DNA from: an uncultured Verrucomicrobiota bacterium
Lineage (GTDB): Bacteria; Verrucomicrobiota; Verrucomicrobiia; Opitutales; Opitutaceae
Length of the DNA: 64,000 nt
NCBI GenBank assembly: GCA_903898675.1
Contig: CAIUGM010000002.1
Span: forward strand, 147,478-211,477
Reading direction: 5' to 3'
Every line of letters begins with the position of its first letter. Within the stretch, counting starts at the first letter, position 1. The notes under the pieces were generated by a model. That model was given only the letters and a program-made list of their open reading frames with translations. It was not told the DNA's origin and did no database searches. The position numbers and the translations under genes are program-made. This document shows, piece by piece, positions 1-9,385 of this stretch.

Positions 1-82
1 GGCGGCGGGAGTTGCGGGCGCGGGGCGGGCGCGGGCCTGGTGACGGGAGACGACACGGGAGAAATGATCCGCAGTAGGGCGG

Positions 83-115
83 GTCGGGGCCCACCGTCAG
101 TCAGTGGGTCCCGAC
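83..115. terminator. 12-bp stem hairpin downstream of the DUF883 gene (terminator or REP-like)
   Basis: gtcggggcccac (83-94) pairs with gtgggtcccgac (104-115) with one G-U; lies just past the stop at 140; no clear U-tract. Confidence 0.35.
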
Positions 116-139
116 GCTGCCAGTTGCAGCGCGTTTAAC

Positions 140-457
140 TTAGCGCGAACTGTTGCAGCTGCGGGAAACTAGGATGCCGATGACCGCGCCCACACCCGCG
201 GCGATGCCGATGGCGTAGTACGGGTTGTCGCGCACAATCTGGTCGGCCTGCTTGGCGCGGCGCGTGGCCTCGGTGCGCAGGCGGTCGAAGGAATACTTGC
301 CGCTGTCGAGGGCGGTCCGGAGCCGCTCGCGCAGTTCGTCAAACTTGCCGTCGGCTTCGCCCGCGGTGTGGCTGAGGGCCTGCTCGGCCTCGTGCAGGAG
401 GGCCTTCAGGTCGTCGGCGGTGTGGGACTCGGTGGTGGCGGTGATTGATTTGGACAT
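140..457 (-). CDS. DUF883/ElaB/YqjD-family membrane-anchored stress protein
   Basis: MSKSITATTES... helical body plus C-terminal 'VRDNPYYAIGIAAGVGAVIGILVSR' signature; ATG at 457 inside track ORF 140..649. Confidence 0.85.
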   Translation of the reverse strand: MSKSITATTESHTADDLKALLHEAEQALSHTAGEADGKFDELRERLRTALDSGKYSFDRLRTEATRRAKQADQIVRDNPYYAIGIAAGVGAVIGILVSRSCNSSR

Positions 458-512
458 GTTAGTTGTGGGTTGAGGTTGTAGTAATCTACCGGGGAAAGGC
501 AGTGCCCGCGGC

Positions 513-719
513 TCAGTTGCTGCTGCCGCGGGAAAGGGCGCCGAAGCCGCCCACAATGATACCCGCGATGCCACCGACGATGAGCCACAGGCTCTTGTCG
601 GTCGGCGTGCCCGTGACCGCTTCCTTGGCGCTGGAGACCAGGGAATCATGGGCGCTGATCCCGTAGATCAGGAGGATGACACCGATGATGAGGATGGCGA
701 AGGACAGGGGACGATTCAT
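513..719 (-). CDS. DUF3185-family small membrane protein
   Basis: 68 aa, two TM segments around 'SAKEAVTGTPTDKSLWLIVGG'. Confidence 0.75.
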   Translation of the reverse strand: MNRPLSFAILIIGVILLIYGISAHDSLVSSAKEAVTGTPTDKSLWLIVGGIAGIIVGGFGALSRGSSN

Positions 720-764
720 GGGAGCGAGGGTTGGATGATTTGGTTTTCGGAAATGACGGTGGGC

Positions 765-917
765 TTAGGCGACCGGGCGGTTGCCGCGGATGACGCGGAC
801 CAGCATAGTGATCACCGCGAGCACCAGGAGTACATGGATGAACCCGCCCATCGTGTAGGAGGACACGAGGCCGAGCAGCCAGAGGATGACGAGGATGATG
901 GCGGTGGTTTCAAGCAT
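765..917 (-). CDS. lmo0937/DUF5670-family 50-aa membrane peptide (not in ORF track)
   Basis: Hand translation MLETTAIILVILWLLGLVSSYTMGGFIHVLLVLAVITMLVRVIRGNRPVA; 'LWLLG...GGFIHVLLV.A' is the family signature. Confidence 0.8.
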   Translation of the reverse strand: MLETTAIILVILWLLGLVSSYTMGGFIHVLLVLAVITMLVRVIRGNRPVA

Positions 918-942
918 GGGCGGTGGAGGTTGCCGTACAGAA

Positions 943-959
943 TTGCACAGCCCATGCCA
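943..959 (-). promoter_or_regulatory. putative sigma-54 (-24/-12) promoter for the small membrane protein cluster
   Basis: Minus strand TGGCAT-GGGCT-GTGCAA fits TGGCAC-N5-TTGCA spacing, ~25 bp upstream of ATG 917. Confidence 0.55.
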
Positions 960-1093
960 CCACGATCCGCCCCACTCTAAACCCTTGGGCGAAAAAGGAT
1001 ATGGGGTTTCGCCCTACCGACGGTCCGGGCGCAGCGGGTGCAAAAGGCCAGAAGCCGCGGTGGGACGGCTTGCATTTTGCGGGAAGGCGCCGG

Positions 1094-1630
1094 TCAGGCG
1101 TGCCGCCGGGACCGCCAGCACCAATGCCAGGGCTCGTAACCGATGCCGTGGGGGTTGACGCGCGGGTAAGAGAGGTGGAATCCGAATCGGGCCGCGTTCC
1201 GCTTCAACCAGCGAAAGGCCGCGGTCCGGGCAAAGCGTTCCTCGAGTTCCGGATCGGCCGGCGTTCCGAGATCGAGCGCGCGTCCGGTGTGGTGCTCGCT
1301 GCAACCAGGCGCAGCAACGAAGCGCAGGATTACCCCGATGGGTTTGCCGGCGGCGAGTTGCCGGCGGATGTTCGCGGTCTGCCGGGCCACGCTGCGAAAA
1401 CCGGACAGGGGCTGCAGGGCGATGCCGTCGCGCGTCGCGGCGGATTGCAGGCGCCGCCACGCGGCGGCGGCCGGCGGCGAGAGCCGGATCTGGCGCCGGT
1501 CAGCCGTGCGGCCGATGACCGCGAGTGTGCGCGCCTCACGCTGCACCGGCAGACCGCGTGCGGCCGGGTAGTCCACCGGGATTCCCAGCCGGATCCAGAG
1601 CGGGCGTAATTTTTTCGGGATGGGCCGCAC
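1094..1630 (-). CDS. M15B/VanY-like D-alanyl-D-alanine carboxypeptidase
   Basis: Motifs 'SGFRS', 'SEHHTGRALD', 'EPWHW'; likely GTG start at 1630 just after the upstream TAA (1632-1634). Confidence 0.85.
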   Translation of the reverse strand: MRPIPKKLRPLWIRLGIPVDYPAARGLPVQREARTLAVIGRTADRRQIRLSPPAAAAWRRLQSAATRDGIALQPLSGFRSVARQTANIRRQLAAGKPIGVILRFVAAPGCSEHHTGRALDLGTPADPELEERFARTAAFRWLKRNAARFGFHLSYPRVNPHGIGYEPWHWCWRSRRHA

Positions 1631-1631
1631 C

Positions 1632-4622
1632 TTACTGGTCGTAGCTGTGGAAATACGGTTGAAAGATTTTTGCCGGCGCAGTCGCCGGGCCAAACCACGC
1701 GGCCAGTTGCGCCGGCCACTTCGACTCCACGGTAATCAGGGTGAATTTGCCGGCGACATGCGTCGTGGTCTCGGCCTTGATGGCGGTGTCCGGGAGCGCG
1801 AACTTCGTGCCGCGCCCCGAGAGCACGGCATTGTGGGCGAAGATCGTGCCCTCGTCGACGCGCTCGACCGCGACATCCATCCCCGCCCCACCAAGCGCGA
1901 GGCCGGCACCGGCGGCATCGGTCAGCAGTGCAAGCTCCACGCCGCGGCGGTTGCCCTGGAAATTCAGGTCGGCCCGGTTGAGGTGATACGCGCCGAATTC
2001 ATTCAGCGCATCCTTGCCCGGATAGCCGGCATAAGGCCCGGCGCCCAGCCAGCGGAATTCGGCGGCGTCCGGCGGCACGAGCATTGCGACCCCCGCCTCG
2101 AGCAGCAGGCCTTTCCCGTTGACGGGCGCGTAGTCATAGTCGACGTCGATCGATCCATTGGCCCGCACGAGGAGGCGCAGGTCGCCCTCCAAGGCCTGAT
2201 CCTTGGCGTCGGGCCGGGCGTACCGGCCGTGAATCTGCAGCAGGACTCCGTCGGCGGTGCGGGTCGCAGTGGTCGTGAGGCCGGTTGCCTCGCGCAGCAC
2301 GGCGCCAGTCCAGGTCAGCTCGCGCTTCGACCGCATCAACTCGCCCTCCGTGAGCCGCCGGCCGATGTGGGGCAACAGCGCCGCGGCCAAAACCCGGCCC
2401 GCGGGATCGTGCAGTGCGATGGCGCCGGTCGCGCGCTCTACCACCAGATCGAAGCGCCTGTGCGTGACGCGGAATTCCGCAGCCGACTCGGTGAGCGTCA
2501 CGGGCGTCGCCGGCCACCCGGCGGTGAGCCCGGCCGCGCGGGTCAGGCCGGCCGGCAGCGTATCGAGCTTCACGGTGCGCTCATAAAAACCTTTCCCGGA
2601 GCCTTCGGCACACTGCAGGGCGAGGGTGAAGACGTCGGTGCCCGGTGCCGCCGGCAAGGTGAAGGAGACGGGAATCTCCACCGTTGTGTGGGCGGCCGCC
2701 TGCAGCGGGCTGCTGCCCGCCTGCACGGTGGCCCCGTTTTTCTGCAAGACCCACGCGAGGGTCACGCCGGTGAGGGCACGGAAATCAAAACGGTTCTCGA
2801 CGTGCAGGGTAAGCTGGTTGACGCCGGGCCGGCCCGGCCCGGTGACTTCCGCAATCTGCACGGGCGAATAAACCTTCCGCACCTGCCAGTAGTCCACCTG
2901 CGGCGTGCGGTCGGAATAAACGATGCCGTCCATGCCCTGGTTGCCGGCGGAGTCGTAGTAATGCCTTTCATCGGGCCAGACCGCGAGGCCGAGGTTGTGT
3001 GTGCTCGCCGGCGTCTGGCCGGCGGTGGCCGTCCGGAAAATGCCCTGGTCCTGGAACATCCAGATCGAGCCGCCGGCGATGCGCGGGCTGGCCTGCATGA
3101 TGGCCCATTGCGCCTGGATCTGGTCGCTCGCGAGGCCAAGGGCGTGGGCGTACTCGGTGAAGATGATCGGCCGGGTCAGGGTGGCGGCGTATTCGCTTAC
3201 CCGTGCCGTGCTCGGGTAGTGCGGCGCGTAGATGTCGATGTCCGGCGGCAGCTCGTTGTAGTGGGGCGCGAAATACCCGCCCTCCTGCGGAAAACAGACG
3301 GGGCGCGTGGGATCGAGTTCCTTCACCCGGCGCGCGGTGGCGATCGTGAGCGGCGTGTTGGGGTTTTCGTTGCCCACGCTCCAGACGATGATGGACGCAT
3401 GATCGCGGTCGCGCCGGACGGTCGCGCGCGCGCGGGTGTAGAGGTCGTCCTGATAGGTGGGATCGGTGAGATGGTTTTCCCCGAAACCGAACGGGACCTC
3501 GTCCATCACGTAGAAGCCCAGCTCGTCGCAGAGCCCGAGGAAGCGCGGGTGCGGCGGGTAGTGCGAGGTGCGGATGAAATTGATGTTGGCGGCGCGCATC
3601 AGTTCCAGGTCGTGGCGCATCAATTCCTCGGTGGCGACGCGGCCGTTGGCGGGCCAGATGTCGTGGTGGTCCACGCCGCGGAGCTTGATCGGGGTGCCGT
3701 TCAACTTGAGCACGCCGTCCGCAATGGTGACTTCCCGCAGGCCGATTTTTTCCGTGAGCTGCTGGCCGGAAGAGAGGGTCAGCTCCAGCGTGTAGAGTGC
3801 GGGAGTTTCGGCGGTCCAAAGCTGCGGATGGGCCAGGTGCAGGGTGGCCGCCGCGAAGGTGGCCTTGTCCGACTCAAACGAAAGCGCAGCCACCGGACGG
3901 CCGTCCGGCGCCAGGAGCCGGCCGCTGACCGCGGCGGTCGGGGCACTGGTGTGGGTCGTGATGCTGAGCGTGGCACTGCCGTCGGCGTTGAGCTTCGTGT
4001 GTGCGGTGCAGTCGGTGAAATGGGCCGCGGGCACGGCAAACAGCGTGACGTCGCGGTAGATGCCCGAAAGTCCCCAGCAGTCGTTCACATCGAATTCCCA
4101 GCCGTGGCTGCGCGTGCTCACTTGCACGGCGAGCACGTTTTCACCGGGTTGCAGTTTGTCCGTGATATCGAACGCCACCGGGTTGTACGCGCTGGCCCAC
4201 GAGCCGATCTTCGTGCCGTTGACCCAGGCGTCGAAGCCGTAGAGCACGCCGTCGAAATGGAGGAAGACGCGCTGGCCGTTCCACGCGGCGGGCACGGTGA
4301 AGGTCCGGCGATAAAGGCCGAGCCCGGCGACGAGCTCCATACCGTACTTTGGCTCGGCGAAACCCTGCAGCTCCCAATGGCCGGGGACCGCGATGGATTT
4401 CCAGGCGGTGGCGGGCGCAAAGACCGGCGCGCTGAAGGCCGAGTCGGCGCCGGCGTCGGAACCGGCGAGGTACTTGAACTGCCACTGGCCGTTGAGCGTC
4501 TGCGTCGCCGGACCGGAGCGGACGGGGTAGACTTCGGTCGGTTGGGCGGAGGCGGCGGGGATGGCAAGACCGGCACCCAGTGCAAGCATTACCCATGATG
4601 GAAAGCGGAGGGAACGGGGCAT
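1632..4622 (-). CDS. secreted GH2 beta-galactosidase (LacZ/EbgA-like)
   Basis: Signal peptide; 'LKLNGTPIKLRGVDHHD', 'IRTSHYP', acid/base 'WSVGNE', nucleophile 'FTEYAH'; small-chain-like C-terminus. Confidence 0.9.
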   Translation of the reverse strand: MPRSLRFPSWVMLALGAGLAIPAASAQPTEVYPVRSGPATQTLNGQWQFKYLAGSDAGADSAFSAPVFAPATAWKSIAVPGHWELQGFAEPKYGMELVAGLGLYRRTFTVPAAWNGQRVFLHFDGVLYGFDAWVNGTKIGSWASAYNPVAFDITDKLQPGENVLAVQVSTRSHGWEFDVNDCWGLSGIYRDVTLFAVPAAHFTDCTAHTKLNADGSATLSITTHTSAPTAAVSGRLLAPDGRPVAALSFESDKATFAAATLHLAHPQLWTAETPALYTLELTLSSGQQLTEKIGLREVTIADGVLKLNGTPIKLRGVDHHDIWPANGRVATEELMRHDLELMRAANINFIRTSHYPPHPRFLGLCDELGFYVMDEVPFGFGENHLTDPTYQDDLYTRARATVRRDRDHASIIVWSVGNENPNTPLTIATARRVKELDPTRPVCFPQEGGYFAPHYNELPPDIDIYAPHYPSTARVSEYAATLTRPIIFTEYAHALGLASDQIQAQWAIMQASPRIAGGSIWMFQDQGIFRTATAGQTPASTHNLGLAVWPDERHYYDSAGNQGMDGIVYSDRTPQVDYWQVRKVYSPVQIAEVTGPGRPGVNQLTLHVENRFDFRALTGVTLAWVLQKNGATVQAGSSPLQAAAHTTVEIPVSFTLPAAPGTDVFTLALQCAEGSGKGFYERTVKLDTLPAGLTRAAGLTAGWPATPVTLTESAAEFRVTHRRFDLVVERATGAIALHDPAGRVLAAALLPHIGRRLTEGELMRSKRELTWTGAVLREATGLTTTATRTADGVLLQIHGRYARPDAKDQALEGDLRLLVRANGSIDVDYDYAPVNGKGLLLEAGVAMLVPPDAAEFRWLGAGPYAGYPGKDALNEFGAYHLNRADLNFQGNRRGVELALLTDAAGAGLALGGAGMDVAVERVDEGTIFAHNAVLSGRGTKFALPDTAIKAETTTHVAGKFTLITVESKWPAQLAAWFGPATAPAKIFQPYFHSYDQ

Positions 4623-4724
4623 GATGCCAGTTCAACGCTTCGACCGCCTCCGGGCAAGTCTTGCGGCGGACGTCTGACAGCGCGTTGCGGTCAACGCGCT
4701 CCACCGGCAAACGCCTGATTCGCC

Positions 4725-5669
4725 TCAGGCTTCCTGACCCGCCAGCCAGCGCTCGGCCTCGATCGCGGCCTGGCAGCCCATGCCCGCGGCGGTGATCGCC
4801 TGGCGGTAATGGTGGTCGGCGCAGTCGCCCGCGACGTACACGCCGGGGGTCCTGGTCTTCACCTGGCTGTGGCCCGTCGGCACAAAGTAACCCTGGTCGT
4901 CCGTGTCCACTGCGCCCTTGAACGGCTCCGTGTTCGGCACGTGGCCGATCGCGACGAAAATGCCCTTTACCGGCAGCACGGATTCCGCGCCGGTCTTGAC
5001 GTGCCTGATCTTCAGGCCGCTGACGGCGCCCGCGGCGACGCCCTCGATCGCGACGGGCAGGCTGTCCCACACGCACTCGATCTTCGGGTGCGAGGTGGCG
5101 CGGTCGGCCATGATCTTCGAGGCGCGCAGCGAATCCCGGCGGTGCACGAGGTAAACCTTGCTGGCGAAACGGGTGAGGAACAGCGCCTCCTCGGCCGCGC
5201 TGTCGCCGCCGCCGATGACCGCCACGTCCATCTTGCGGTAGAACGCGCCGTCGCACGTCGCGCAGGTGGTCACGCCCTTGCCGCCGTAAAGTTCCTTCTC
5301 GCCCGGGACGCCGGTCAGCCGCGGCGAGGCGCCGGTGGCGACGATGACGGTCTTGGCCAGGATCTCCCGGTCGGCGAGCTTGAGGGTGTAGGGCCACTTC
5401 GAGGTGTCGAGACCTTGGACCGAGCCGCTCTCGTAGCGGGTCCCGAATTTCTCGGCCTGCTTGCGCAGGTTCTGCATGAGCTGGTAGCCGTCGATGCCCT
5501 CGGGGAACCCGGGGAAGTTTTCGACCTCGGAGGTCGTGGTGAGCTGGCCGCCGGGCAGTACACCCTCGAGGACGAGGGGCTGCAGGTTGGCCCGGCCGGT
5601 GTAGATGGCGGCGGTGAGACCGGCGCAGCCGGTGCCGACGATGACGACGTTTTCAACTTTGGCGGACAT
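4725..5669 (-). CDS. trxB: thioredoxin-disulfide reductase
   Basis: '[16 protein letters not shown]', redox 'CATCDG', '[10 protein letters not shown]', '[12 protein letters not shown]'. Confidence 0.95.
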   Translation of the reverse strand: MSAKVENVVIVGTGCAGLTAAIYTGRANLQPLVLEGVLPGGQLTTTSEVENFPGFPEGIDGYQLMQNLRKQAEKFGTRYESGSVQGLDTSKWPYTLKLADREILAKTVIVATGASPRLTGVPGEKELYGGKGVTTCATCDGAFYRKMDVAVIGGGDSAAEEALFLTRFASKVYLVHRRDSLRASKIMADRATSHPKIECVWDSLPVAIEGVAAGAVSGLKIRHVKTGAESVLPVKGIFVAIGHVPNTEPFKGAVDTDDQGYFVPTGHSQVKTRTPGVYVAGDCADHHYRQAITAAGMGCQAAIEAERWLAGQEA

Positions 5670-5757
5670 AAGAAATGGGACGCCCAACTGAGCCCAACAT
5701 TCCGGTCAGCGCAACTCCGGAGATGCGAATGGGCCTTAAGGCCCGGGTGGGGAATCC

Positions 5758-5799
5758 GGGAGATGAGAGACGGCAGATGGAAGTTGGGAGATCTGAGAC
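5758..5799. repeat. degenerate 7-bp tandem array (6 units, G-rich/GAGA core)
   Basis: gggagat gagagac ggcagat ggaagtt gggagat ctgagac. Confidence 0.45.
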
Positions 5800-5920
5800 A
5801 GGAGCGTCATCAGTAATAGGTAGCCGCACTTGAGTCTGCGAAAGGGTGGTCTCGGCCTTCCGGCCGGCCACCGTTTCCTCCGTTGCCTCCGGCGCCCGAT
5901 CTGGGCTTGGTGGTCTGACG

Positions 5921-7042
5921 ATGGCCCATCCCGACCCCGGGGCGCTGCACCGGCGCCTGTTCACGATCGACACCCATATCGATACGCCGACCGCGAGCCT
6001 GGTCCGGCCGGGCTGGGATTTTGCGGCCCGGCACGATCTCGCCGCCGACGGCTCCCAGTGCGATCTTCCCCGGATGGAGGGGAGCATCGATGCCTTGGTG
6101 TTCGCGGTTTTCTCGACCCAGGGGGCGCGGACGCCCGCCGGGTTTGCGTGCAGTCACGAACGGGCGGTCCAGGTTTTCGAGCGCACCCATGAAGTCATCC
6201 GGCAGAACGCCGCGCACTGCGGCCTCGCCCTGAATGCGGCCGACGGGCGGCGGCTGAAGGCGGAAGGCCGGCGCGCCCTTTATCTCAGCATTGAGAACAG
6301 CTACTCGCTGGGCCTGGACGCGGCCAACGTGGCGCGGTTTCATGCGCTGGGCATGCGGATGCTCGGGCTTACGCACATGCTGAACAACGACGTGGCGGAT
6401 TCCTCCACCGACCCGCGCGGACCGGAGTGGGGCGGGCTGAGTCCGCTGGGCCGGGAGCTGGTGGCCGAGTGCAACCGGCTCGGCGTCCTGCTGGACGCAT
6501 CCCATGCGTCCGACGCGGCGTTGTGGGAACTGCTCGAGCTGGCGCGGCGCCCGGTGATTCTTTCGCATTCGGGCTGCCGGGCGGTCTGCGATCATCCCCG
6601 CAACATCGGCGATGAACTGCTGCGCGCCGTCGCGGCACGGGGTGGCGTCATCCAGCTGAATGCCCTCCCGGTCGCCGTGGTGCCCGCGGCGGAGGACGGC
6701 CGGACTGCCGCCCTGGCCGACCTGCTGCTCGGGCTGGCTGACACGGTGCTGACGCCGGCCGCGCTCGCCGCGACGGGCGAGGGCTGGCACCGGATCGAGA
6801 CGACTTACCCCAATCCGGCCGTGACCCTCGACGACTACCTGAAGCACATCGAGCACGCCGTGGCGGTGGCGGGCATCAACCACGTTGGCATTGGCTGTGA
6901 CTTTGACGGTGGCGGCGGTTTTCCGGGGCTCAATAGCGTGGCCGATTATCCGCGGATCACGGCGGCCCTGCTTGCCCGCGGCTGGTCAGAGTCCGACCTC
7001 GGCAAACTCTGGGGCGGCAATACGCTGCGGTTGCTGGGCTGA
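5921..7042 (+). CDS. membrane dipeptidase (peptidase M19)
   Basis: 'TIDTHID', 'SIENS', 'LTH', 'DASHAS', 'SHS', 'GIGCDFDG', 'KLWGGNTLR'; ATG at 5921 preferred. Confidence 0.9.
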   Translation: MAHPDPGALHRRLFTIDTHIDTPTASLVRPGWDFAARHDLAADGSQCDLPRMEGSIDALVFAVFSTQGARTPAGFACSHERAVQVFERTHEVIRQNAAHCGLALNAADGRRLKAEGRRALYLSIENSYSLGLDAANVARFHALGMRMLGLTHMLNNDVADSSTDPRGPEWGGLSPLGRELVAECNRLGVLLDASHASDAALWELLELARRPVILSHSGCRAVCDHPRNIGDELLRAVAARGGVIQLNALPVAVVPAAEDGRTAALADLLLGLADTVLTPAALAATGEGWHRIETTYPNPAVTLDDYLKHIEHAVAVAGINHVGIGCDFDGGGGFPGLNSVADYPRITAALLARGWSESDLGKLWGGNTLRLLG

Positions 7043-7070
7043 GCCTGACTCAGCCGCCGCGGCGGGAAAT

Positions 7071-8000
7071 TCAAACCGCCGGGGCGCGCGTCTTTTCGAG
7101 CGCGAGCCTCAGTTCGCTGAGCGTGAATGGCTTGGCGAGCAGGGCGGAAACGCCGGCCGCGCGCAGGTCGGCCCGGATCTGCGAGTCAAACCGGCCGCTC
7201 ATGGCGGCCATGCGGGGCGGCTTGGGCGAGGCGGCCAGCGCCCGGGCCAGGGTGAGTCCATCCATCTCCGGCATATTGATGTCGGTCAGTACCAGCTCGA
7301 CCGCCGCCGGATCGCTTTCCACCAGGCTCAGGGCCTCAACGCCGTTCGCGGCCGCGGTCACCGCATAGCCCAGCTGGCGCGTGGCGGTGCAGACAAACTC
7401 GCGCACGGCGGCGTCATCATCGACGACCAGCAGGCGCTCGCCGCGGACCGCCGGTTTCCTGTCCTCGGGAAAGGGCGGGAACGACGCGGCCTGGATGCGC
7501 CGCGAGCGGTGCTGCTCGAGCAGCTCGACGGTCCGTTCGGCGAGGACCTGTAACGCCTGCAGCTGCGACTCCGTCGGCTGGCGCGGCAGGTGGTCGAGCA
7601 CGCAGATCGTCCCGACCGAGTGTCCGCTGTGCACGCGCAGCGGCGCGCCGGCGTAGAAATAAAAACCTTTTTCCTGGTTCACCATCGGCAGCGCGGCAAA
7701 GCGCCCGTCCGCCCGCGCATCGGGCACCACGAAAACCCCGCTGCTGCTGAAGCCGTACTGGCAGAACGTGAGTGGCCGGGGCAGATCGGCCACCGCGGGC
7801 AGCCCGACCTGGGCCTTGAACCAGACCCGGTCTGCGGCCACGAGTGAGATGGCGGCCACGGGCACCCCGAACTCCATGGCGGCCTGGCGGACGAGGGCGT
7901 CGAATTCCTTCTCGGGCGGCGTGTCCAGGATGCCGTACTCTGCGAGTACAGCCAGCCGGGCTTTTTCAGCCTCTTCGTTGATAGCGGGGGCGGGGGACAC
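7071..8000 (-). CDS. GAF + receiver domain protein, no kinase or output domain
   Basis: N-terminal 'RLAVLAEYGILDTPPE...FCQY...VPDARADGRF...YAGAPL'; C-terminal REC 'LVVDDD...LTDINMPEMDG...LAKPF'. Confidence 0.85.
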   Translation of the reverse strand: MSPAPAINEEAEKARLAVLAEYGILDTPPEKEFDALVRQAAMEFGVPVAAISLVAADRVWFKAQVGLPAVADLPRPLTFCQYGFSSSGVFVVPDARADGRFAALPMVNQEKGFYFYAGAPLRVHSGHSVGTICVLDHLPRQPTESQLQALQVLAERTVELLEQHRSRRIQAASFPPFPEDRKPAVRGERLLVVDDDAAVREFVCTATRQLGYAVTAAANGVEALSLVESDPAAVELVLTDINMPEMDGLTLARALAASPKPPRMAAMSGRFDSQIRADLRAAGVSALLAKPFTLSELRLALEKTRAPAV

Positions 8001-8148
8001 GGGGACTAATTTTTGGTCGGAAGGTATCCCCGGCGCCTTCGGTCACAATCACTAAATCTATAATTATCAGAGGAGAAAGACCGGGCGCTGGCATGAATCC
8101 GGCAACCCCGTGGCGCCTGGGTTTTTCGCTTGGCTTGGCCTGCCCTGC

Positions 8149-8595
8149 CTAGATCACCGGAGGCCGGTAGATGACCCCATCCGGCAGCTCGTTTTTGTCG
8201 TCCGGCTGCCGGGGGAACTCCCGGGCCAGCAACCGGCCGGCGCGCTCAATGCCGTGGACCAGCCCGGCGGTGAACTGCCCCCGCTGGAAGTGGACGGCCA
8301 TGGTGGCCGCCAGCTCGGTCCAGAAGGGTTCGCCGCATTTCCGGTGCACGGCTTCATCCCCCACGACGGCGAAGGTTTGGGAGAGCGGGGCCACGAAGAT
8401 CAGCACGGCATTGCGGTGCCGGGTTTTGGCCATGCCGAGCCGGATGAATTCCGCCCGGGCAACCGCCATGGCATCCGGGGTCGCCTGGTCGTGAATCACG
8501 ACGCAGATCTCCCCGGAGGTCTTGAGCTCGGCGTCATGGATGGCCGCCTCCACGCGGTCGCGGTCGATCTGGCTGATAAGGTCACGGGTTTTCAT
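8149..8595 (-). CDS. TPM domain protein (short type)
   Basis: 'AIHDAELKTSGEICV', 'TRHRNAVLIFVA', 'DKNELPD'. Confidence 0.85.
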   Translation of the reverse strand: MKTRDLISQIDRDRVEAAIHDAELKTSGEICVVIHDQATPDAMAVARAEFIRLGMAKTRHRNAVLIFVAPLSQTFAVVGDEAVHRKCGEPFWTELAATMAVHFQRGQFTAGLVHGIERAGRLLAREFPRQPDDKNELPDGVIYRPPVI

Positions 8596-8597
8596 GG

Positions 8598-9377
8598 TTA
8601 CCAGCTCCCTCCCGCGCCACCGCCGCCGAAGCTACCCCCGCCGCCGGAGAAGCTGCCGCTGCTGCTCCCGCTGTCGCCGCCGGACCAGCCGCCGCTGTTA
8701 CCGCCGCCACCCCAGAAAATTCCGCCGCCGGTGCGGCGCTGGTTGGTGAAGAGGGTGGCGCCACCGGAGCGGCGGATGGAAAGGATGACATACCCGCCAA
8801 TGACGCAAATCGCGATGATCACCCAGAACGGCGGGGGGCCGCTGCGGGAGGAATTTCCCTCCGCATGCGTCCGCCCGGTTCCCTTGTACTCGCCCTTGGT
8901 CGCGGCGATCATCGACCGCACCGCGGCGCGCAGCCCGGCGTCGTAGTCGCCGCTGCGGAACGCCGGCTTGAGTTCGTTCTCGATGATCTGGCTCGAGATG
9001 GCGTCGGTCAGCGTGGCCTCGAGGCCGTAGCCGACCTGGATGTAGAGCTTGTGCTCCTGCATGAAGGCGAACAGCACCGCGCCGTTGTTCCGGCCGCGCT
9101 GGCCGATTTTCCAGGCCTCCGCGATGCGGATCGTGAAGTCCTCCACCGAGGAGCCGGATTCCATCCGCGGAAAGATCGCGACGAGCAGCTGGTTCGAGGA
9201 TTCCCGCTCATACTGTTCCAGCTGGCGGTTCAGGGCCTCGCGGGTTTCCGGGGAAACCACGCCGGCGTAGTCGTTGAAAAACCTGGTCGGGACCGGCGGG
9301 ATCCGCTCGGCGGCCGGCAGGGCCGCGCCCCAGAGGAGCGTGGCGACCAGGGCCAGCCGGTGCAGGAAGGACTTCAA
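8598..9377 (-). CDS. TPM domain (YgcG-like) membrane protein with Gly-rich tail
   Basis: 'FFNDYAGV', 'WKIGQRGRNNGAVL', 'IQVGYGLE', tail 'GGGGSFGGGGAGGSW'. Confidence 0.9.
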   Translation of the reverse strand: MKSFLHRLALVATLLWGAALPAAERIPPVPTRFFNDYAGVVSPETREALNRQLEQYERESSNQLLVAIFPRMESGSSVEDFTIRIAEAWKIGQRGRNNGAVLFAFMQEHKLYIQVGYGLEATLTDAISSQIIENELKPAFRSGDYDAGLRAAVRSMIAATKGEYKGTGRTHAEGNSSRSGPPPFWVIIAICVIGGYVILSIRRSGGATLFTNQRRTGGGIFWGGGGNSGGWSGGDSGSSSGSFSGGGGSFGGGGAGGSW

Positions 9378-9385
9378 GGCGGGGG

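Noticed and set aside
1094-1630. Glycopeptide-resistance locus (vanY)
   Set aside because: No vanHAX or vanRS nearby; lone M15B peptidases are common housekeeping enzymes.
1620-4598. 992-aa plus-strand ORF and many similar long ORFs (e.g. 29003..31912, 46138..48333, 62292..63938, 44502..46346)
   Set aside because: Antisense shadows of well-supported genes in high-GC DNA; no motifs, Arg/Gly/Ala-rich.
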